A stretch of DNA of 64,000 nt. Source: Setoptus koraiensis (taxonomy: Eukaryota; Animalia; Arthropoda). Each line of letters begins with the position of its first letter. Within the stretch, counting starts at the first letter, position 1. Under the pieces are notes generated by a model. That model searched no databases and had not been told where the DNA came from. It was given only the letters and a program-made list of their open reading frames with translations. A program made the position numbers and the translations under genes. Location: the NCBI GenBank assembly GCA_048013815.1, contig CM106585.1, positions 9,610,001-9,674,000 on the forward strand, written 5' to 3'. Shown here in pieces: positions 33,215-46,300 of this stretch.

Positions 33215-36200
33215 GATTCCAATTAAATGACACGTGTAAATAGATAAATATAAATATCCGTTTGAAATTGGGTCAACTGATGCAGGCACCCATCTTCAGT
33301 AGAGCAAGCTGTATGGCGATTGTCTGAAATGTGAAACAAAATTTTGCGGGATATTCGAATGTGTTAGCATTGTTGCATAATGCAATTTGCAATGCATTTT
33401 TGAAACAGTGAGTATTCTGGCTCTGGATTGAACTGTCTTTCGGAATTTTTCTTACTTCAAGTTTCGCCTCGACAGCCAAGTATATGCAGGTAAGCATGAA
33501 AGAAAAATTCCGAAACAATCGGTTTTGGTGCATTGAAACAGAATCTCATGACAACAATTAGCATAGCAGCTATGAATCATTAGAAAATTTCAGAATTTTT
33601 AATAGTGACTGTACCTAGAATGTCAGGTAACTCACTTGTCGTTTGACAATGCGACATTGATGAGTCGCCTAACTTTATCGATGACTGACCGGATGGACCA
33701 AGTGACCACTTCGATATACTTTGATACTAATGGCATTCAATCGGTAGCATTATTCATGCATGTGCAACTGTAAACCACAGCGGTGTATGCATAGCGGTAG
33801 TTGTTAGAATGGTATTTGGTTGTTGTCGTTAATGATGTCACTGCCAATCTTGTTTATGTAGCACAGTGTTTGTCTCGGTGAGTGCCATGTACACTGACTG
33901 ACTCACTTGTTAATTAAACCTCATCGCCGCTAGCAAAGTTAATTAGTAGTTAGAGAAAAACGCGTCGCGTTTGCACTGAAATGCAATGCCTGTTGCGTCA
34001 TTTATTATCTGGCAGCTCTGTTGTTGTTATTGTTGTTGTTTGTCTTATAATAATAGAATGAATGAATAAAGAATAAAAACACAAACAAAATTGTCTTGGC
34101 ACAAATGACAACCATAGCGTTGCTTGGGCACCGAGCGAGTTGCAACCCTGTGAACACTAGCGCGTTCAACAAGATAAGGATAACGAGATAAAAATAACCA
34201 GCCATTGTGTGTGTCTATGCTAGTGTGTTCAACAACAAATATTAACAGCAACAAATATTAACAGCAACAAATATTAGCAACAACAAAGTAACAAACTAGC
34301 TGGATAGATAATAACTAGCGGCAGCGACAACAACAACAACAACAACAACAACAATGAGTGTGAGACGCCCCCGCGATAATTAGTGGCAAATGATGAATCA
34401 CTTTTGGCTTTCGAGTGCCACTCGATCTGGAAGTGCAAAACGCCAAGCGAGGCCAAGCGAAAATTCTATTAATCATCATCGTGCCTTCGTTGTTGTTGTT
34501 GTTGTTTGTTTGCTCTTTGTTCTCAGAAGCGAATCGCTTTCGTCTCGCGATTGTAACTGTTCCACTTTAAGTGCAAAACTAAAACTAGACCATCCGCTTC
34601 TCGAGCACAGTTATTAATATATATATCAGTTATACTGGCTGCACAAGAGCGCATAATTTTGAATCGTTGTCGTCACGGTTACACGGATGTCAGTGGATAC
34701 AGCCACAGGAACTAGATATGACGGCGCGCTGGAGCATGTGGACTTGAACTTGCCTCAATCATTGAGGCTCAATGTATCTCGCAAATGGCACACTCGCCTT
34801 GCACCTAGCGACCGTTTACTTGTCTGTTGTATTGGTTGTTGTTGTTGTTGCTGTGTTTGCTTGTTGCTCGATGACAAAACAACAACAATTTGGCGAGCAA
34901 GTTCTCGGCGTGCATGCAAGCGGCAACAATTATGGGGCCCCGAACGATTTGCGAGCATGCCAACGCGGCGTTGCACAACAGGGCGCTGTTGCTGGTTGCT
35001 CGTCCCTCTTGCTTACTGTTTCCGTTGCGTTTGCCGGAGCTGGCCCAAGTGCTCGAGTATGAGCCGTTGATAACGCGCATCTAAAATATACAGCCTAATT
35101 GTATACCATACAATCGCTAGGCATACAATCGCGCAACTATCGCTAGGCTACCTGTAGCAGATGACGCAACAGTTATGTGCTTCCAATGACAGTGGTCAGC
35201 AGGGCATCGATTTGTGCCAGCTGACCAGCGATGACAGGTCAAGTTGTAGCCGTTGAGCTGACGGCTTGTCACAAACAAACAACAATCGTCAGCTGATCAG
35301 GACATTAATTGATTGTTTCACTATCATCAAACTGAAGTGATCAAGACAGCGGCTGGCTGGCGGACTGGATATGATGTGATGTAATGTGTGATTGTGGGCG
35401 CTGACGAGGCACAAAAGCATAAAATGAATCTCTCATCCATCAAGTGGAGCGGATGAGTGGCGCTGCGAGCAGGCAGGCAATAGCCATATATCACGACGAT
35501 AATTCATATTGTTGTTGCTGTTTGCAGTGTTACAGTTTCGTGTTGTTTGCGCCGGCGTGCAGCATTGGAGGAAATGCAAGCTTGAACAAGTTTATGACAC
35601 ACATAAAAAGAATGACGACTTAGACTTTGTGAGACTTTGTCGAATAGCTGGCAGCGTGCAGTTTTAAATAGAGTGCACTACATTAAAATGTCTGACAAAT
35701 GTCACCCTTTGCAAGTGCGTTGGCTCGCGCTGCGCGTCGTCGTCGTCGTTGTTGTCGTTGTTGTCGTTGTCGGTTGGCGACAACACAGGCTGGCATCGGA
35801 GCGGCGAACAACGACCAAAACAACGACGGAAAGAACGAGCCTCGAGAGTGACATCATTGTGTTTATTAAATGGACAAGAGCGCATTGTTGGTTGCGGTGC
35901 ATCGAAAGGCGGCAGCGGCGGTTACAATCGCGGGCGCAAACAGTCGTGACATCATCGGCTAATTAATGGTTCGCTCGCTGGCGCGTTCTTGCCAACTTGG
36001 CTGGCTCCGTTACTGGGCCGCTCTGCGGCTCGCCTCGTATGCCAGCTCTGTCAGCGTAATCTGCTCGGCTAGCTGGCTGGCTGGCAGGCTGGCGAGACTG
36101 ACGAGCTAAACGCAAACGCTATCATGTTACGAGGCGCACAACACTAATGGCTGACACAAACGGGCCGACGACGACGACGACGACGACGACGGCGCTCTTG

Positions 36201-39200
36201 AACTAGATAACGGGACTGCCGGCTCATGTTGGCGCAATGTGTGCGATATGTTGGTTGGATGGGCCAACTTTTGCAGTTAATTATCTGACAATTGTGAGAG
36301 AGTCACAATAATAGGTTTATTGCCACTAGCGCAGGGCCGGGCCGGCTTAGCTCACAATCTTGTCAGTGTCGCCGGGCCGCTGATTAAGCGATTGAGCTCG
36401 CATCGAGCTAGCTGGTGAGGCAGCTAGCTGGCAGTCGCTAGTCGCTAGTTGTCGTTGTTGCGTCGCTCGTTGCTGTGGCATCATTAAAACATGTCGCTGC
36501 GTAGCCGTTGTTACGCCGTCGCTCGTTGTTTCGGGGCGAGCAGGAAGTTAATAAACAACGAGATTGAGGTCATTGAGCCTCGGCAGCGGCGGGCCTCCCT
36601 CAATCAATTACAATTAGTGGTGACATGTTTGGCTGACGGCGCGCCCATTCGGCGGCTCGCCGCCGCATATCGCACCGCCGGCATATCGCACCGAGGCACC
36701 CTCGACGCGATATCGATACCGTTGGATCGGCGTGCCGTTTCGACTTGATTTGCGTGCCGTCGGATTTGATTTGCAAAGCGCCGATTTGATTCGGCGGTGT
36801 CAGTGTCGGATTAGCGCTCTCAATTCAATAATATCCATTCAGTGCTGTTGAGTCGTCACTATTGAATCACAGTCAGTGAGCTAAAAATAACTTGTGCGCC
36901 TGTCGTTGGAACTGACAACGGATTAGAAAGGCGCGCGAGCCCTCGGGCAACGGATGTCGACCGGGCCGGCTCACAACTGTACGGCCCGATTGTACGGCTC
37001 GTTGGCTGAGCGATGGCGAGATAACACGAGCAAGTTATTAGCACCGTTTAGCTAGTGTTATGATTAACTTTACGAGTTTGTTGGGCTAGTTTGCATTGGG
37101 CCACGAGCAAGTGGCAACACGTTGATACGTTGGCACGTTGATACGTTAACACGTTGAGTCGGATGCGAGCGAGCACATTATAACAAACATGATATCATTA
37201 TGATATTAATAACGGGCTATTAATAGGCCATTGTGATGGCAAGCGAGCCGGCGCGGCACACCATTGAGCTGCTGAATGGGCTCAATGAACAGTCGAGCTG
37301 TCAGTGTGACAGCGCCAGAAACAGAGTGGGCCACACAATTGCCCCCGTTGTCCGCCGACTCGGCAGCGTTAGCTCGCCAGCTATCGCTCGCCAGCGTCGT
37401 GTCGACGGCGTCAACTCGACAGTGTCGACTCGACGGCGTCGGCTCAACAGTGTCGGCTGGCACCTGTTGCAGTGGCGCCGGCACGAAGGCGATAAATATA
37501 ACACAATAATAATGTGTAATTAATTGTAACAAACGCGCCTCATCGGCGGCCGGCTAAACGAGCGTATCAACTTGTTGGCTGCCAGTAACGGCACGCAACA
37601 AGTTAATGAGCTCGACGCGCGCGTATCGCTGCTCGCGAGCCTGCCTTACGTGAGCCCTGGCTCGTATTGTTGCTGGCGATCAAGGTGATTAGCGCGCGAC
37701 GCAAAGTGCTCGTTGGCCGTCGTTGGCTGTTGCTGTTTGCTAGCGGTTGCTCGCTGTTGTTGGCCGTTGCTGACGGTGCCAGCCCGTCAGCGCTGCCAGG
37801 CCAAAAACTGGAGAGGTGTGAGTAATGATAAATGTAAATTGAACTGAACTGAATTTATCATTGTTGCCCACAGACGAGCGCGCACGCGGGCGTAAGTCGC
37901 CCAGCTCACCTGTTGCCGCTGTCGTTCGCCAACAGCCAGCAACAACAGCCAACAACAACAGCCAACAACAACAGCCAACAACAACAACCAACAGCAACAG
38001 CAAACAGCCAACAACAACAAGCAACAGCGACAGCCAGAGCGACAGCCAGAGTTGCGCTGTCAGCTGTGAGAGCAGCCGACGCAACCACTGACGGCGACCA
38101 CCGTGTCGGCTCTGACAATTGTGAATGAGAGACTCGGATTCGCATCTTTGCCTGTTCGCATCCAGCTCGCACGAGCGACTCACTGACTTATCATGAGCCT
38201 GGCTTGGCGTAACTCGACGACTGTTGGCCAGAGGGCGCGTCCACTGTCGAGCCACTCATTAGCGCAAATGGTGAAAATATTAAAAATAAAACAAGAATCG
38301 CATTCGTAATCGGCGAGCTGTTGCGCATCGTTGTCGCACTGGCAACTTTGTCAACTTATCCATGCAAATGCACACTTATTTGCGTTTCCACTAATCGCGC
38401 CCGTACTCGCAATTATACTCACGCTCGCCTTTATATTAACGTTCGCCTCTATATTTATGCTCGCAATCATACTCGCAATCATAAACTTATGTGTGCTAAT
38501 GTGCGCAAAACGCGAAACAATCGGCCTGCCAACTGACAAATGGAAATGGTCGAGCTGCCAAGGTTGCGCCGAAGGGCTGACAAATCGCCGCATTGATGGC
38601 GGCGTCGCTCGGCTTAGCTGGCCGACTAATCGGGCATATCGCACATGACGCCTATTACATGGGTGCCTATTTGACCGATTGATCTTGACGACAAATAAGC
38701 CGGTCGGCGAAACGAGCGCCGGCGAGCTAGGCAAAAAAAATGAGAGGGCCGCCGAGCGAAAGTGAGCACAAATGATAGGGCTGGCGAAAGTGACTAGAGG
38801 CGCTTGCAGTGTAAGCCAGTGGAACGGGCAAACCTTGAACCTGGACTGTGCAGCCCACTTTGGACTAAGGCTGCTGCCAGCGGCCAACATTTGACGCTAT
38901 GACGCCAAATATCCGAAGCCTGGCACCGTGCACCAATTATGACACATATCGCCTGTGAGTCTAGACGCGCTATCGACGGCCATGATTGATGGTGGCTCTC
39001 GGAGCCGAGCGAAAGAGTTGCGTTGCGGGCGCCCCCGCACCACTGACACTGTCGCTGCCGATGTTGCCGCTGCTAATATCGCCGCTGCTCATATCGCCGC
39101 TGATATCACTGTCAGTGTGACTGTCGCTGTCAGGCCGCGCTCGCATGCGACGCCTCGATCGCTCGCTAAACGACTCTCGAGACACTCGCCCGTTCGCTGG

Positions 39201-42200
39201 CTTGCCAAGTCGCTGCCGGCCGCGAGCGTCGAGCTGCCCGTCACTTTGGGCCTGTTCGGCGCGCCATTCGGCTTATCATTGGGCGTACGATTCGGCTATC
39301 CGTGCAACTGTCTGCCACGGCGAAAAGCGAATAGCAACGAGCGACGAGCAACAAGCAACAAGCGACGAGCAACAAGCAACAAGCGACGAGCAACAAGCGA
39401 CGAGCAGCCGCCAGTGAGACTTGGCAAGCCAGCGAACGGCGACACGCAAGCCGACACACACTGGCTGTTACATAATAGGTGACGTGCGCTAGATGCGAGC
39501 GATGCCAACAGAGTGTGTTGAACAGACTGCATATAGCCAACGATGTTGTGCCAATGTCAGCAATGCCGCCGACTGACGCTAGCGACTCGCAACTCGTTAT
39601 GTTGCGCCGGCGACGTGACTCATCGGTGCAACTCATCGTCGCCGTTTATACGTTCAACTATGCTTACCATGCCTGTGAGCATAAAGTGAGCATTTAGTAA
39701 GCTAGTGGAGTGGCATTATTTTGCAGCATCGCCAACGAATACGCAGAATACAATTTGATTGCGTCGCCATCGGGGAGTATCGCCGTAATTAGGCCGACTG
39801 CGGGCCACAGCGCGGCCAGGGCCGATGCAACAAGCGCACACTGCAATAATACGCCCGATACAAAGTCACCCGAATTAGCGCCGATATCGGCGCCGACTGA
39901 CACGCTGCCCGTCACTGGCACCGGCACCAGCCAGCAGCGACAGCCAGCGCCAGCAGACGAACGCGGCCTGTTAATGGGCGACATTTGCGCCTTCTTGCTC
40001 CACTGCAAGCCCCTGCAGCCACACTGGCAAGCTCGCGCCGGCTAGACTGTCGAGCGCGCCACCGTGGAGCGCCCGCTCGTCGCTAGTGCCAGCGCCGATG
40101 AGCATTCAATGGCTTCAATGGTTTCGACAATTTCAACAGCTTCAATGGTGCGCCGTGGCTGCAATTTGGCGACACCAATATCGCACAAAAACTCGCTCGG
40201 CAGACACTAGCGAGTCGCTAGTAGCTTGAAAGTACTAGCAATGAAACACTCGGCCCGGCTCGGCTCGGCTCGGCTCGGCTAGGCACTGTTGGCCTTGCGC
40301 GCCTTGCATAATGGCTACACGGACGGATGGCAACTGAGGCGAGCAAAGTGATTGATTGGTGCAAGCTGAAGCGCTCAAAAAAGCAACGCGACGCGACGGC
40401 CCGCTAAAACTAACGTGGCTAAACGAGCCTCAATCTGCTATCGGCGCGCTGGGCGCCGATAGTGGCGACACAACATTGCTGACATTGCTGCCTGGAGCGG
40501 CTGGCGCACAAAGTTGTCGCCTCGTCGAAAAGTCGCCCCGTTCGATCTAGGCCAATCCATGGGCGCCTCTTAATGGTGCCTGTCGCGCGGGCCGGCCCGC
40601 CGCGCCGATAGCGAGCGCCGCGCTGACAGCGAGCGCCGCGCCGCACGGTTCCGGGGCGACGTTTCGGAGTAGTTTTATCAGTTTGATCAGTTTGCCGGCG
40701 CGCCGGACCAATCGACACCGTCCAGCCGGCCGGCCCCATATCTGGCCGCTGCGCTGGGCTCGCGCCCGGACCTTGCGGCGCCTCGCAGCGGACCGCTCAC
40801 GTTCAATGCGACGGGCTTGTCACAGTGAGCGCCATGCGGGAGCGCGCTGGGAGCCCAGGGGAGCCGCGGGGAGTGTGCGAGGCGGTGGTGGCTGCACTTG
40901 TCGGCATGGCGGACGCTCGTAAAGTTTGCACTCGCCGGCGCCCGGCGACGAGGCTAGATGCAGCAGCCAGATAATGACTATCAGTCGCTGTCTATACCGT
41001 CTCCGTCGTTGATGGCTGCGTCTGGGCCAGGCCCGAGCGACAGCCTGTGCCGAGCTCGCCGAGCTAGAGCCTGTGGCGGCGGGGCTATAGCGACAACTGG
41101 AGCTTGCAGTGGCGACCAAGACAGCGAGACTCGGCCGGAGCGCACTGATGGCGCCCGCGATTATGACGAACAGCGGCCCGCGGCTGCCATGAAATGGGAC
41201 GCTTAATCATAATGGGAGCACAGTTAAGTTGTTGTTGTTGTTGTCAAAATTATCCCATCCCCAGCGTGCGCCGAGACGCTGCGGCGGCACCGAGCTGGCG
41301 AGCTAGCGCGAAAAATATCTAGCTCACCGCGGGCGCTACTTGCTCGCTGCAGCTGCGCCAAATGAGCATGTTATGGCATAACTAATGAAGTAACGCGAAA
41401 AGAGTAACGCAGCAAACTCTTGCATATCTCGCCAGCGCTGGCTGCACCGCAGCCAGTTGATTAGTGTGCTGTCGTTGTCGCTGTTGCTGTCGTTGTTGCT
41501 GTTGTTGCTGTTGTCGCTGCTGGCGTCGCCGCGAAATCGCTAGCGACCGAGCAACAGCAGCGCCTGCTAGTCGCGGCGAACTGTTGCTGGCGAGACCGCG
41601 ATCTGGGACAGGGCCGGCCCGCGCCGACCTCGTCGCCCGCGGCGTACCCGCCAACAGTCGACTGGGCACTCGTCGTACCCTGTCCGCTCCTTGTGCCCGC
41701 TCTCTGTGCCCGCTCTCTGTGCCCGCCGACAGACTGGCGGCGGAAGTGGGCACGGTGAGCGGGGCGCCCACACACCCGCTCGCTGGGCGCTGCGCCTCAG
41801 ACTGTGAGGCTCAGAGTGGGGCGCTGCACAGCCTCGAACAGCACGGCTGTGCGGCGGCCCACTCTGAGCGCGTCCTATATGTACAGTGTTACTGGCTGCC
41901 AGCGGCGTGTCGTCATGGCGTCTGCCGCCACCCTAGCGAGCACCGGCAACAATAATGCAATTTGTAACGAGCAGCCAATGGGCGAGCCGCTCGTCACAAA
42001 CGGCTTGAGAGCTGCGCCTTGTCGCTCTCGTTGTCGCTCGCTGTTGCGCTCGTTGTTGCGCTCGCTGTTGCGCTCGTGGGCCTGGCAACGAGCGAACTAC
42101 GCGCACTGTGTAAGCTGCTTAAGCTGTATATATACAAACAGTTGGACGGTGATGCTGTCGTCGGTGGCAACTCGCACACGCACATCGCACACACGCACGC

Positions 42201-42422
42201 TCACGCACATCGCACATCGTACACACGCACGCACACAGACACTGTCGATCGGTGAGATTGCACACGCATTCTGAGACTGCAGTGCGGTGCGACATGTCAC
42301 ACACAATTCGAATATCGGTGTCGCGCGTACAACACGTTACCACACTGCCAGTGGAGCGCTGACAGCATTATCTCGTTGCCACAACACACAACACAAGTGT
42401 GTGACACAAGTGACCAGACAGG

Positions 42423-42492
42423 CGAACCATTTGAATCGAACCATTTGAATCGAACCATTTGAATCGAACCATTTGAATCGAACCATTTGAGT
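42423..42492. repeat. 14-bp minisatellite (CGAACCATTTGAAT) x5
   Basis: Seen directly. Confidence 0.95.
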
Positions 42493-43353
42493 CATCGATG
42501 CGCAGTTACCAGTGCGGCCAACCAACCAGCGCAACCGGAGCCGGCAACAAGTTTATCCAAGTGTCCACACAATACGACCAAGCATTGAATTCAGCAGTGC
42601 AATTCAAAATTCAAACTCTGATTCAAATTTCAAATCGTGTGTGCATCGCAAACGCAAATAACGTATAATCGTGCAGTGTGTGCCATGCCAATAGCATAAT
42701 TAACGAGTGACTGCAGCGCCTAAGCGGCCCACCAAGAGTATCAAATGACTGCGCTGCACCAAACTTAAAAATGAAAAAAAAATGAAATCAGACATGAGCC
42801 ACAACACACATCCAGACAATCACCAGCGACTGCATAGTGAATAGACAGCCAAATCACAAGAGAGATATAGCATAGCTCAACTACATACGTTAACTGCGTG
42901 CCACAAACTATAGCTGTTGTGTGCGCGGATACAACGTCTTGAAATCGAAAACAAGAACACTCTTGCCACAGCGCAACGTGGCGCAGGCCGACACAAGTTG
43001 CAGCTGCACCGCGCCACCAGATTGTATCAGCGCGATTGTATCAGCGCGATTGTATCACGTAAGCGTGTCGTGTACACATAAGCGTGTCACTTTCTCATAT
43101 AGGCTTCACTTGTTGACTTACCCATCGTCTCTGCATTCGAGCATCACTTACCCATTTGGGGAGCATTGTTGAAACTGTTGCAAACCCATTATCGAACATT
43201 GTAACACAACGATTACTATCATTACACACACACAGCTCGTCCAATCGAACTTTTGATCGAGCCGACGCATTGATCCATCGGACTGTCGCTTGAGGCGCAC
43301 AAATCGCACAGTTTGGTGGCCGAGCGACGCACAACTCGTACGTTGCCGCCATT

Positions 43354-46300
43354 TTGTCTCGGCTCGCACACACCAACGGACCAACCGGATCGAACTTTTC
43401 GTCAGCGGACCAACTAAATCGAACTTTTTGCCAGCGGACCAACCGGATCGAACTTTCTGCTGGCGGACAACGTGCACACCGACAGCACCGAGCACAGAAA
43501 CAAATCGAACAAACGAGCAACGTAGCCAACTGCAGCATGTCGACCGCAGCCTGGCCCCCGTCGCTGCACCAGAGCACAGGCAGCGCGGCCAGCCATCAAT
43601 CGACAGCGAATACGCCCAACGACCAGGTTCAATTTATCAATCTCAACCACCACCAATACGCCATCGCGAGAGCGGCCTCATCTCAACAGCAGCAGCACCA
43701 ACAACAACAACAGCAACAACAGCAACAACAGCACCAGCAGCAACAACAGCAACAACAACAACAACAGCAGCAACTGCAATTGCAATACGGCTACAACAAC
43801 AATACTAACAATCTGAATGCAAATCCTCAACGAATCGGCCCCGCTCACTACAGTGGTCAGCTGAACAACAACAACAGCAACAACCACATAATGCAGCAGC
43901 AGCAGCAGCTACTTCAATCGCAATCACAAGCGCCCAGCTACCAAATTGATCCCAATTATTCCTCATCGGCAGGCACGCGTTGTTTCACCAACAAAACAAA
44001 CGCCTCTATTCTTTGCGCTGGAATGGCCAACGCCATCAATATCACGGGCAATATTGTGGCCTCATCGCAAATTAAAATGACGCCAAATCAATCAAATGAC
44101 GCAACACAAACAAACCGACAGGCACAACAGAACGCTGTCCAGTTGCACCACCAGCAACAGTCAGCTATCATTCCAGCAGCGCCCACGGCCAATCAGGCAA
44201 CGGGCCACCAATTCATACAGTTTCAAACGCAAAACAATTCACCCGTGCCGGCATCAGCAACTTTTGCGCAAATGACCCAAAACGCAACTAACAACATAAA
44301 CTCACCGCTTCACCCACAGGTTACCCTCTTCACGAGCAACAACGGTCGACCAGAGGCACAAGCCACTGGGGCCCGCCCGCTGCAACAACAACAACAGCAG
44401 CAGCAACAACAACAACAGCAGCAGCAACAACAACATGTTCAATTGGCTCAACAGGATGCAGCAGCAATTCAATTCTCGCCGATTTTCGCTCATCCAACAG
44501 TCGACAATTTTCGCCAGCCGCCCACAAATAATCAACAAAACCTTATCTCATCGAACAACAAGCAACGATTGTCTCAACAAGCAAGTCAGCAACAATTCCA
44601 AGTTATATGTGGCTCGCCCCAACACGACAATCAATTAATCAATCAGCACCAACAGCAACAACAAGCAGAATATCAAGGCCACTCAGCCGACCACGATCAA
44701 TTGCAATCACAGACATCTATTCCCACAGGTGACAAGGTCAAAAAACGTGCCCCAAAAAGCCGTCAGCCAAGGGCACCTAAGGCGACGACTAACGGACCCA
44801 AAGGCCCGAAAAACAAGGGCAAGAAGGCCGCTTCGACGGACAAAATTGTGGACGATATGCTGGATAACATCTCTGGAGAACATGACAAGAATCAAACAGA
44901 TCAACAGCAACAAAATTACGCACCTATGCAACCTTTCCCTATTACAATAAATGATGTGAACAACGCTGACACCGGCAATTCTTCGACTAAACCCATGACC
45001 GTCGAAAGTGCCACAAACACTACACCGATCAAACAGAAAAAGGCTACTGTGAATAAGAGTAACAATCTGATAACAAAGAAGAAAAAGAAGCGAAAGATGT
45101 CAAGCGATTACGATGGTGCTCATATTTCGCAACAATCACCAGCGGCCGTTGGCGCTAATGACAACGTTGTAGAGCAAGCAAATCAATCAAATGTTATGGT
45201 CACTTATACCTCAGATCAATCTAATCACACTAATAATCAATTGAGCCAAATAGTCAAGCCGGATATACCAGTAATTACATCGAATCTAACTGGCGAAACA
45301 CAGTCGGACAACGCAAATATTCAACTCAATAATCAATCAATAAAAAGATTCATCACCCCAACAGATCTAGTTCTTCAGATCAGAAAGAAGATAAGGGACG
45401 CTCAAGAACACAACGGTGGACATTCTTCTACGATCGCCTCAGCGTCTCAGAATCAAACGCAACCGCTCAATAAGTCCAGACAAATCAAATTTCATGAATA
45501 TAAAGGTCCACCTAGTGTTAGAAAACAAATATTGTCGCAACAACAGCACCAGGCATTATCCAATGGACAATCTCTGAACAATCATCCTGATCAATCCAAA
45601 AATATGTTCCAATCTGTCGACAAAGATGCGACTACTACTAGAATGCAACATGATTTTACTGAGATTAAACCCTCATCTATCATGTCAGCAGACGAGTTTA
45701 CGGCTGCTATAGCGAGGCACCATCTACAACAACAACAAAAGCAAAACAGTAGACAAGAGATTCGCCAGATAGAAACAATTGTTAACCCAGTTATGCACCA
45801 TCAGATGGCCAACGTATCATATCCACCAACTATCATCACGCCTCCCATGAGCTCTGTTGTACAAGGACCTGTAGCAGTAATGGCAGGAAATATACAACAA
45901 CAATTTTGCCAACAAGGCCAACATTCTGTCCATTCTCAAGCGCAGGCACCCACTAGAGTCATCCTGACGTCAAGAGCGATGCCAATCGCACAATTACCAG
46001 GTGACTGTACGGTCAACCGACATATAATAGCTAACAGCAACGGGAACAATCAACAAATTTCTTTGATGGGACAAAGTTCCAATGGATCAACATTTCCGAT
46101 TGCTGTTTGTGGACAAAATCAACAGCAATCGATGCAAATAGTAAGCGGCGATTATGAATTAACTCGCAATTTCATACAACAACAGCCTCAATTGATGCCT
46201 ATCTTACAACAGCACACTGCTGATACTTTCTCTATGAATTGTGGCAATTCTTCGACAATGATCAACCAGACTAATCAAACTATTTTACAGTCTACAACAA

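Larger units (their letters stand above)
30182..33218. repeat. 655 bp direct repeat pair (30182-30836 and 32564-33218, offset 2382 bp) bracketing Gpdh1
   Basis: Direct sequence comparison. The central 30207-30762 looks identical to 32589-33144, and the roughly 10 differences I found sit only at the two ends. Confidence 0.96.

Noticed and set aside
33215-33289. 25-aa N-terminal extension of SRPRB copy 2 in the ORF track
   Set aside because: Homology with copy 1 begins at the ATG at 33214, and the extension would precede the signal anchor without any support.
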